Below, piece by piece: positions 57,179-64,000 of a DNA stretch of 64,000 bases; positions within the stretch are counted from its first letter, which is position 1; the number at the start of each line of letters is the position of its first letter. A program made the position numbers and the translations under genes. This stretch comes from Alphaproteobacteria bacterium. GTDB lineage: Bacteria > Pseudomonadota > Alphaproteobacteria > UBA828. The DNA lies in the NCBI GenBank assembly GCA_965218275.1, contig CBDCKM010000002.1, positions 2,747,438 to 2,811,437 of the forward strand, given 5' to 3'. The notes beneath the pieces are model-generated. The model worked only from the letters and a program-made list of their open reading frames with translations. It searched no databases and was not told where the DNA came from.

Positions 57179-58915
57179 ATGGCCGAGACCGAGACCGGCG
57201 CAGACCCGGTCACGCGCGAGATCGTTCGCGGCAAGCTGCTGGCGCTTGCCGACGAGATGGGCATCGTCATCGCCAGGACCTCCATGAGCCCGGTGATCTA
57301 CGAGGTCCTCGACTTCGCCTGCGGCCTCTGCGACGCCGACGGCGAGCTCGTCGTGCAGACCAACGGCATCACGCTGTTCACCGGCACCTTCGCGCCGCAG
57401 GTGCGCTCCATCGTGCGCCGGCACGGCGACACCATGCGCCCCGGCGACGTCTTCATGACCAACGACCCCTTCGAGGGCGGCACCCACAGCTGCGACATCG
57501 CGCTGATCAAGCCGCTCTTCGTGTCGGGCCGGCTCTTCGCCTTCGCCATCTCGGTCGCGCACTGGAGCGAGGTGGGCGGCGCGGTGCCGGGCAGCATCTC
57601 GCCCGCCGCCACCGAGATCTACCAGGAGGGCGTGCGCTTCCCCGGCATCCGAGTCTGCCGCGACGACGAGACCATCGACGACGTGATCGCGCTGATCCGC
57701 GAGAACGTGCGCCTGCCGGTGCAGTCGCTGGGCGACCTCAATGCCGGCCTCGCCGCCGTGCGCATCGCCGAGACCCGGCTGCGCGAGGTCATCGCCCGCT
57801 ACGGTGCGGCCGAGGTCGCGGGCACCTTCCGCCATATCCTGGAAGCCAGCGAGCGCCTCAGCCGGGCCGCGGTGGCGGCGCTCCCCGACGGCGACTATGC
57901 GGCCGAGGACTGGATCGACGGCGACGGCATCTCGGACGAGCGCTTCCGGGTCGCGGTCGTCGTGCGCGTGCGCGGCGAGACGATGACCTTCGATTTTTCC
58001 GGCACCAGCCCGAGCGTGGCGGGACCGATCAACTGCGCCTTCGGGGCGCTGGATTCGGCGGTCAAGACCGTGTTCAAGTCGCTGGTGGACCCGCAGGCGC
58101 CCTCCAACGAGGGCTGGTTCCGCCCGGTCAGCCTGGTCTGCCCGCCCGGCACCGTGTTCACCGCCGAGAAGCCGGCGCCCACGGGCTGGTACTACGAAGG
58201 CTCGGCCCATGCCTCCGAGCTCGCCTGGAAGGCGCTGGCCGAAGTCGCGCCCGAGCGTTTCAGCGCGGGCTCCTACATGAGCCTCGCCGCCAGCTACTTC
58301 TACGGCCGCGACCCGGAGAGCGGCGAGGTCTACGTCCATATCGAGCCCGCCATCGGCGGCTGGGGCGCGACCGCTGCCGCCGACGGCACCAGCGCGCTCA
58401 TCGCCACCACCGACGGCGACACCTACAACTATTCGGTCGAGCTCTTCGAGGCGAAGTTCCCGCTCGCCATCCGCCGCTACGCGCTCAACGTGGACGACGG
58501 CGCCGGCGCCGGGCGCCAGCGCGGCGGCTTCGGCGTGGTGCGCGAGTTCGAGGTCGCGGGCGCGGACGCCCACACCTATTGCAGCATCGGCCGCTCCATC
58601 GAGCGCCCCTGGGGCCTGGCCGGCGGCGGCGAAGGCTCCAACAACTACATGCGGATCGAGAGCGGCGGCAGCGTCGAGCGGGTCGCACGCATTCCCTATC
58701 GGGCGCTCAGGCCCGGCGACCGGGTCGCGGTGGTGACCGGCGGCGGCGGCGGCTTCGGCGACCCCTTCACCCGCCCGGCCGGGGCCGTCGCCGCCGATGT
58801 CGCCGACGGCTATGTCTCGGTCGCGCGTGCGCGCGCCGACTACGGCGTCGTCATCGCCGCCGGCGGAGAGGTCGACGAGGCGGCCACGGCGGCGCTCCGC
58901 GCCGGGCCGCGCTGA
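57179..58915 (+). CDS. hydantoinase B/oxoprolinase-family protein (HyuB-like)
   Basis: DPVTREIVRGKLLALADEMG..RTSMSPVIYEVLDFACGL..MTNDPFEGGTHSCD are hallmark HyuB blocks. SD GGGAGG lies upstream. Confidence 0.88.
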   Translation: MAETETGADPVTREIVRGKLLALADEMGIVIARTSMSPVIYEVLDFACGLCDADGELVVQTNGITLFTGTFAPQVRSIVRRHGDTMRPGDVFMTNDPFEGGTHSCDIALIKPLFVSGRLFAFAISVAHWSEVGGAVPGSISPAATEIYQEGVRFPGIRVCRDDETIDDVIALIRENVRLPVQSLGDLNAGLAAVRIAETRLREVIARYGAAEVAGTFRHILEASERLSRAAVAALPDGDYAAEDWIDGDGISDERFRVAVVVRVRGETMTFDFSGTSPSVAGPINCAFGALDSAVKTVFKSLVDPQAPSNEGWFRPVSLVCPPGTVFTAEKPAPTGWYYEGSAHASELAWKALAEVAPERFSAGSYMSLAASYFYGRDPESGEVYVHIEPAIGGWGATAAADGTSALIATTDGDTYNYSVELFEAKFPLAIRRYALNVDDGAGAGRQRGGFGVVREFEVAGADAHTYCSIGRSIERPWGLAGGGEGSNNYMRIESGGSVERVARIPYRALRPGDRVAVVTGGGGGFGDPFTRPAGAVAADVADGYVSVARARADYGVVIAAGGEVDEAATAALRAGPR

Positions 58916-58931
58916 GCGGAGGAGAGGGCCG

Positions 58932-59957
58932 ATGGCCGGAAAGCGCGGAAAATGGAAGTGGGGCGTGCTCTTCAGCGGCGACAACCTGACGCTGCAGGAG
59001 ACCATCGACTTCGCCCGGAAGGCGGAGGACGCCGGCGCCGACGGCCTCTGGACCACCGAGCTCGGCCGCGACGCCTTCGTGCCGCTCGCCGGCATGGCGG
59101 CCCGGTGCGGGCGCGCCCGCCTCGGCACCGGCGTCGCCATCTTCGCCCGGCCGCCGGCGCTGACCGAGATCAGCGCCATGTCGATGGCGGAGCTCACGCA
59201 AGGCCGCTTCGTGCTCGGCCTCGGCACCGCGCCGCCGGCGTGGAACGAGAACTGGCACGGCCTCCCCTACCGCCGGCCGGTGCGGCGCATGAGGGAATAT
59301 GTCGAATCGATCAGACTGATGTGGACGGCGAGCCCGGAGGCGCCCATCGACTATGAGGGCGAGATCATCACCGTGCGCGACTATCGCCGCGTGCTGGCGC
59401 CGCCCTGTGCGCCGCCGCCGATCTACCTCGCCGCGGTGCAGCCGGCGATGCTGCGCTTGACCGGCGAGGTGGCCGACGGCCTGCTCGCCAACCTGCTCAA
59501 CACGCCGCGCTATTTCTCCGACATCGTGCACCCGAACATCGCGAAGGGGCTCGCCAAGGCGGGGCGCGTGCGCGCGGATATCGAGCTCTGCTCGCTCAAG
59601 GTCTGCTCGGTGGACCGGGACCGCGCCAGGGCGCGCCGGCGCGCGCGGGGGCCGATCGCCTTCTATTCCTGCCTGCCCTATTTCGACCAGGTGCTCGACC
59701 CGGCCGGCTTCACCCGCGAGAAGCTCGCGATCCGCGATGCCTGGGCGCGCGCCGACCTCGCCGCCATGACCGACCTCGTGACCGACGACATGGTGGACGC
59801 GCTGGTGCTCGCCGGCACGCCCGACGAGGTGCGCGGCCAGCTCGACCGCTTCGAGGGGCTGTTCGAGACCGTGCTGCTCTACTGCCCGATGCCCTTCATC
59901 GAGCGCGACGAGTCTCTCGCAAACCACGAGGCCATGATCGAGGCCTTCGCGGATTGA
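58932..59957 (+). CDS. LLM-class flavin/F420-dependent oxidoreductase
   Basis: Blocks ..AEDAGADGLWTTE.., GRFVLGLGTA and IYLAAVQPAMLRLTGEVADG are typical of the LLM family. Confidence 0.82.
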   Translation: MAGKRGKWKWGVLFSGDNLTLQETIDFARKAEDAGADGLWTTELGRDAFVPLAGMAARCGRARLGTGVAIFARPPALTEISAMSMAELTQGRFVLGLGTAPPAWNENWHGLPYRRPVRRMREYVESIRLMWTASPEAPIDYEGEIITVRDYRRVLAPPCAPPPIYLAAVQPAMLRLTGEVADGLLANLLNTPRYFSDIVHPNIAKGLAKAGRVRADIELCSLKVCSVDRDRARARRRARGPIAFYSCLPYFDQVLDPAGFTREKLAIRDAWARADLAAMTDLVTDDMVDALVLAGTPDEVRGQLDRFEGLFETVLLYCPMPFIERDESLANHEAMIEAFAD

Positions 59958-59989
59958 GCGGCGGCGCCACGCCGGGGAAAACATGAGCA

Positions 59990-60080
59990 ACCGGACCGCA
60001 GGTCCGGAGCGCGCGACCGCGCGCCGCGCCGAATGGCGCGTAGCCAAGCGAGCGGAGCGAGTGCCCGGCGCCTGAGGGAA
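59990..60080 (-). repeat. REP-like dispersed repeat unit R5 (single, reverse orientation)
   Basis: Its reverse complement reads TTCCCTCAGGCGCCGGGCACTCGCTCCGCTCGCTTGGCTACGCGCC..GCGCGGTCGCGC..CCGGACCTGCGGTCCGG. Confidence 0.8.
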
Positions 60081-60098
60081 CACGAAAGAGAGAATCCG

Positions 60099-60656
60099 AT
60101 GACCAGCTACGCCACGACCCAGCGCCTTCCGCGTGCGGCGCGCAGCGACTTCCCGCCCGGCCAGGCGGCGATCTGGGACCATGTGGTCGAGACCCGCAAG
60201 CTCGACTTCATGCCCACCATGTTCGCGGTCATGGGGCGAAGTCCCGAGGCGCTCAAGGCCGTGGCCGCGGTGGGCGAGCATGTCCGCTGGCACTCGGCGC
60301 TCGACAACGACCTGCGCGAGATGGTGATCTGCACCGTCGCCCAGGCCGTCGGCAACGTCTACGAATGGGACCACCACATCCACAAGGTGCCGGAGCGCTG
60401 GCGCGCGGTCGTGGGGACGCCGGCGATGGAGGCCGAGCCGGCGCCGCTGGGGCCGGCGCTCCGCCTCGCCCGCCTGATCGCGCGCGGCGAAGACGTAGAC
60501 GACGCGCTGATGGCGGACCTGCGCAGGAGCCTCGGCGACGCGGGCCTCGTCGATCTCGTGGTGATGGTGGGCTACTACCAACTCCTCGGCAGCTTCTGCG
60601 CCGTGCTCGGCATCGAGGTCGAGCCCAGCGTCGCCCACGTGCCCTTCAACGGCTGA
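60099..60656 (+). CDS. carboxymuconolactone decarboxylase (AhpD-like) family protein
   Basis: A 185-aa all-helical-looking protein with REMVICTVAQAVGNVYEWDHH and LVDLVVMVGYYQLLG blocks typical of CMD-family proteins. Confidence 0.75.
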   Translation: MTSYATTQRLPRAARSDFPPGQAAIWDHVVETRKLDFMPTMFAVMGRSPEALKAVAAVGEHVRWHSALDNDLREMVICTVAQAVGNVYEWDHHIHKVPERWRAVVGTPAMEAEPAPLGPALRLARLIARGEDVDDALMADLRRSLGDAGLVDLVVMVGYYQLLGSFCAVLGIEVEPSVAHVPFNG

Positions 60657-60659
60657 GGC
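60530..60659 (+). repeat. direct repeat copy A (3' end of the CMD-family gene including the stop)
   Basis: It matches 62241-62370 at a constant offset of 1711 nt with 7 mismatches in 130 nt and no indels, by my manual alignment. Confidence 0.9.
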
Positions 60660-60821
60660 CGCTGCCGCGGGCAGACATCCCCCACCTTGTATCTCGTCCA
60701 CTCGCCGCCTCGCCGGCGCTTGAAGGCGCTCGGCCGGCCACCTCAGACATGGCCTCCCCGACAGAGCTCAACTAACATTCGATCTGGACCTGTCGCCGGG
60801 GACAGGTCGAGGAGACATCCC

Positions 60822-62192
60822 GTGCCTGCCATTCGCAGCCTCGTCATCGCGTTCGGCATCGTCATGATGCTGGCGGCGACCGCCGGTCAGCCCCGGGCGG
60901 AGACCGCCGACCGCGCCGTCACTAGGGCGTTCCTGGCCCTGCTCGTCGGCGACGCGGGCGACAGGGCGCGCGCCGCGCAGCTGATCGAGGCGCAATGGGA
61001 GCCGTCATTCCAACCGATGGCTCTCGAGGTGATCCGCTTCACCCGCAGCGCGGCAGTCTCCGGCACCCTGACGCGACTCATGGAGCGCGAGACCGGCGCC
61101 GGGCCCGGCCGCGGCTTCGACGCCTGGCAACGCGCGATGTGGAATGCGCCCGAGGCGCGGCACCCGCGCTATGCCGCCTTCAAGGGCGCGCTCTACAGCC
61201 TCATCGACTCGCGATTCTCGGCGTACTTCGAGGCGGCCGGCGAGGCGCTCATCCGGCTCGACGAGATCGTCTGGGGCGGGGTGCGGCAGGATGGCATCCC
61301 GCCGCTTCGCGACCCGGCGATGCTGGCCGCCGAAGACGCCGGCTATATCGAGGACGACCACATCGTGTTCGGCATCTCCGTCAACGGCGACGCCCGCGCC
61401 TATCCGAAGCGCATCCTCGGCTGGCACGAGATGTTCGTCGACACCGTCGGCGGCGTGCCGGTCGCCGGGGTGTACTGCACGCTCTGCGGTACCGTGATCC
61501 TCTATCGCACCGAGCACGAAGGGGTGCTTCACCGGCTCGGCACGAGCGGCTTCCTCTACCGTTCGAACAAGCTCATGTACGACCAGGCCACCCAGTCGCT
61601 GTGGAGCACGATGCAGGGCACGCCGGTCGTCGGGCCGCTTGCCGGCAAGGGCATCGTGCTCGAGCGCGGCAGCGTGGTGACGACCACCTGGGGCGAGTGG
61701 CGGCGGCGCCACCCCGGCACCCGGGTTCTCTCGCTCGATACCGGCTACCTGCGCGACTACGCCGAAGGAGCGGCCTACCGCGACTACTTCGCGACCGACG
61801 CGCTGATGTTCCCGGTCCCGGTCCTCGACACGAGGCTGAAGAACAAGGACGAGGTGTTCACGGTGCTACTCCCCCGTCACCCCGAGGCGCCGCTTGCCAT
61901 ATCGGCCGCGTTCCTCGCCGCGACCCCCGTCCATCACGATGCGATCGAAGGCACGGCGCTCGTGGTGCTCACCGATCCGTCGGGCGCGAACCGCGCCTAC
62001 GCGAGTGAAGACGTGACGTTCACCCGCTACGACGGCGACCGGCGCGTCGAGGACGGATCCGGCATGATCTGGACGATGGACGAGCACGCCCTGACCGCCG
62101 AAGACGGGCGCGTGCTCCACCGTGTCCCGGCGCAGCGGGCGTTCTGGTTCGGCTGGCACGCCGCATTCCCGAACACCCGGCTGGTGCGGTAG
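60822..62192 (+). CDS. DUF3179 domain-containing secreted protein
   Basis: GTG start after SD GAGGAG, with a signal-like VPAIRSLVIAFGIVMMLAATAG. Blocks DGIPPLRDP, NGDARAYP..L..HE and YCTLCGT..Y are typical of DUF3179. Confidence 0.8.
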   Translation: MPAIRSLVIAFGIVMMLAATAGQPRAETADRAVTRAFLALLVGDAGDRARAAQLIEAQWEPSFQPMALEVIRFTRSAAVSGTLTRLMERETGAGPGRGFDAWQRAMWNAPEARHPRYAAFKGALYSLIDSRFSAYFEAAGEALIRLDEIVWGGVRQDGIPPLRDPAMLAAEDAGYIEDDHIVFGISVNGDARAYPKRILGWHEMFVDTVGGVPVAGVYCTLCGTVILYRTEHEGVLHRLGTSGFLYRSNKLMYDQATQSLWSTMQGTPVVGPLAGKGIVLERGSVVTTTWGEWRRRHPGTRVLSLDTGYLRDYAEGAAYRDYFATDALMFPVPVLDTRLKNKDEVFTVLLPRHPEAPLAISAAFLAATPVHHDAIEGTALVVLTDPSGANRAYASEDVTFTRYDGDRRVEDGSGMIWTMDEHALTAEDGRVLHRVPAQRAFWFGWHAAFPNTRLVR

Positions 62193-62240
62193 CGGGCCGG
62201 AGGCCGGCGCGCGCGACGATCCCCGCCGGCACAGCCGGCG

Positions 62241-62370
62241 CCTCGGCGACGCGGGCCTGGTCGATCTCGTGGTGATGGTGGGCTACTACCAGCTCCTCGG
62301 CAGCTTTTGCGCCGTGCTCGGCATCGAGGTCGAGGAGAGCGTCGCGCACGTGCCCTTCAACGGCTGAGGC
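62241..62370 (+). pseudogene. direct repeat copy B: orphan 3' fragment (last ~43 codons plus stop) of a CMD-family gene
   Basis: It translates to LGDAGLVDLVVMVGYYQLLGSFCAVLGIEVEESVAHVPFNG*. No CMD-like sequence lies upstream of it. Confidence 0.85.
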
Positions 62371-62402
62371 GAACGGGTCAGACTACTCGGCCGTGTCCTC
62401 GC

Positions 62403-63314
62403 TCAGCCTACGGACATGATGTCGGCGATCTCGCGGAAGTTTTCCTTCATCCGCTCTTGCGTCTCGGCTGACGGCACGCCCGGAGCAATACTACTTGCGA
62501 GCGCTTCGAGGCCGCGTGAAATGTCTTCCCTCGTCTGGCTTTCGGTAAACAATGAAAGAAACTTTTGCCAAGCCCAAAGTGGAATACCTGCGAGCCTGTC
62601 CTCGAACAGTTCTTCGATGTATTCGCTCATGACTTTGGTTCGCGCAAACCGACCGAAGTTGCCGCCGCGATCGCTCGCGGGCCGGTCCGCAATCATGTCG
62701 CTCTTGGTCGGATAGTATGTCGACACGGTCGAAAGAGTAACCGAATTATCGCCTTTACCGCCCTTCGCGTGCTCCCAATACCAGTTTCGGTACTCTGCAG
62801 CATAGCGGGCGCCGATGACGTATGGCATGAACACCTGCGGAGAACCCGAGATCACTCTCGAAAGCGCCCACGGCACAACGACGAGCAGGTCGGCCGGAGC
62901 GCAGACCGCGGGTGTCACCTTATATCGGAAGCTGGGTTCGTTCTCCTTGGCCAGTGCATACCAGCCCTTGAGTTCGATTCCCATGAGCACCTGTGGCTCG
63001 ACATCCGCAGCCGAGGCGCGCAGCACCACGTCCGGGAACGTCTGCGGTTGTCGCTCGAAGCTGTAGAGAGCGTAGGTTTGACCGGGGTCCCAGACGGACC
63101 GGAGTTTGTTCAGCGATGCGATAACCTGTTCTTCGATCGTTGCGCCTAGAGAAGAATTGAAAGAAAAAAGATCCGTTGCAAGCACACCCGAAATAGCAAG
63201 TTCCGACTCAAATCGAGATGGAAGCGCGAAGATCGCCTGTCTTACCCCTCTCCAGAGTCCAATATGTTCCCAGGTCGTAGGGGGTTCAGATGGACTTGGC
63301 GCTGGGAGTTGCAT
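62403..63314 (-). CDS. putative type II restriction endonuclease (PD-(D/E)xK fold)
   Basis: QTFPDVVL ...(13 aa)... MGIELKGW gives a PD...ExK arrangement. The gene overlaps the 3' end of the adjacent methyltransferase gene. GC is lower than the genome background. Confidence 0.6.
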   Translation of the reverse strand: MQLPAPSPSEPPTTWEHIGLWRGVRQAIFALPSRFESELAISGVLATDLFSFNSSLGATIEEQVIASLNKLRSVWDPGQTYALYSFERQPQTFPDVVLRASAADVEPQVLMGIELKGWYALAKENEPSFRYKVTPAVCAPADLLVVVPWALSRVISGSPQVFMPYVIGARYAAEYRNWYWEHAKGGKGDNSVTLSTVSTYYPTKSDMIADRPASDRGGNFGRFARTKVMSEYIEELFEDRLAGIPLWAWQKFLSLFTESQTREDISRGLEALASSIAPGVPSAETQERMKENFREIADIMSVG

Positions 63315-64000
63315 GCTCAATACTCCGAGATTCCTCTTCGAGCCGCCTTACTGAGGCCGCATAGAAGGCGGGAACAATCTCCGAGGCATAGCAATATCTC
63401 CCTGAACGGAGCGCGCCAACGGCGGCTGAGCAGAGGCCTCCAAACGGTTCCCATACGATATCGCCCGGATCGGTCGACGCTGCGATAATCCGCTCCATCA
63501 AGCGTAACGGTTTCTGGTTCACGTGCAGCGCCTTGACGCCCTCCGCCTTGACACGTTCCGCCCCTCGTAGCGCCGGTTCCTTCCAGACATTCGTGACTCC
63601 GTGTGCATGGTTCCACTTGGCCCGCATTCGCGACCATCGCGCCTCGGTCAACGGCGCCTCGCCGTCGAGCGAGAAATAGGGTCGGTCGGTCGGAGCGCCA
63701 TGCGCCGCCGCATACTCGGAGAGGGCGACCATCTTGTCGGCAGGTGGAAAATACCACCGGTGGCACTGCGTGAAATACTTCCGCGTCGCCGCGTTCGCGA
63801 CTCCGCACGCCTCGTTCGTCTTGTAAAGCGGAAGGCCGCTGCGCTGCCATTCATGTCGCAACCACTCCTTTACCGAGAGCATGTCGCCGTTCGCCGTTGT
63901 CAATTTGACGTCCCGTACATACTGCACGCAGATTTCGGTGACGACCGGAAACCCCCGAATGGTTTCGCTGTTGCAGTTGCCTGCGACGTGTCCGACTCCC
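63286..64000 (-). CDS. DNA methyltransferase (beta-class N6A/N4C type), 5' end outside the window
   Basis: HVNQKPLRLMERIIAASTDPGDIVWEPFGGLCSAAVGA corresponds to the H.TQKP...ERLI block plus the AdoMet motif I (D/EPFxGxG). The frame stays open from 63927 to the window edge, so motif IV is expected beyond 64000. Confidence 0.75.
   Translation of the reverse strand, partial: GVGHVAGNCNSETIRGFPVVTEICVQYVRDVKLTTANGDMLSVKEWLRHEWQRSGLPLYKTNEACGVANAATRKYFTQCHRWYFPPADKMVALSEYAAAHGAPTDRPYFSLDGEAPLTEARWSRMRAKWNHAHGVTNVWKEPALRGAERVKAEGVKALHVNQKPLRLMERIIAASTDPGDIVWEPFGGLCSAAVGALRSGRYCYASEIVPAFYAASVRRLEEESRSIEHATPSAKSI

Noticed and set aside
56936-60701. Long minus-strand ORFs 56936..59227 (763 aa) and 58851..60701 (616 aa)
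   Set aside because: They are antisense to the HyuB, LLM and CMD genes. They are low-complexity, and their ends are made of MITE or REP sequence.
60787-60809. Perfect 8-bp inverted repeat GACCTGTC-N7-GACAGGTC just upstream of the DUF3179 start
   Set aside because: It is a short stem without a U-tract and lies 130 nt after the CMD stop. It could be a weak terminator or an operator, but a single short palindrome is expected by chance, so it is not reported as a feature.

Overview
High-GC (about 70% by eye) alphaproteobacterial chromosomal segment. The conserved gene order looks like Hyphomicrobiales/Rhizobiales: ntrY-ntrX-trkA-dat-hfq-hflX, rlpA-dacC-tmk-holB-metG-tatD-MBL-mazG, and groES-groEL with a CIRCE operator. 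About 50 protein genes can be supported from motifs in the translations. I saw no rRNA, tRNA, CRISPR array, integrase or transposase. Many very long ORFs in the track are antisense or off-frame artefacts of the high GC content and were discarded.

The window has a core part (7.2-39.9 kb plus glnS) and accessory-looking parts:
- 0-7.2 kb: an operon of a GltB-like gene, a GltD-like fusion, a retropepsin-like protease, a frameshifted LarA gene, a tungsten-type AOR and a MoaD-like gene.
- 39.9-45.4 kb: cupin, SnoaL, an AtzG-like small ORF, amidase, VOC, FAD oxidoreductase and MFS genes.
- 47.2-64 kb: mixed redox and hydrolase genes.

Things most worth a second look:
1. An ~0.8 kb low-GC islet holding one cytoplasmic trypsin-fold gene whose catalytic His appears to be replaced.
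2. A 130-bp diverged direct repeat (the 3' end of a CMD-family gene) bracketing a DUF3179 gene. It is directly followed by a lower-GC type II restriction-modification cassette that runs off the window.
3. A retropepsin-like protease in the same operon as a MoaD/ThiS-like protein that carries a six-residue tail after its Gly-Gly.
4. A dispersed GC-rich hairpin (REP-like) repeat family in five clusters, a 203-bp MITE, a 132-bp intergenic tandem repeat, and a 360-bp in-frame triplication inside a YhdP/AsmA-like gene.
5. A frameshifted LarA homolog and an FAD oxidoreductase with no canonical start codon.

No single undescribed system can be demonstrated from sequence alone. All functional links are marked as inference.
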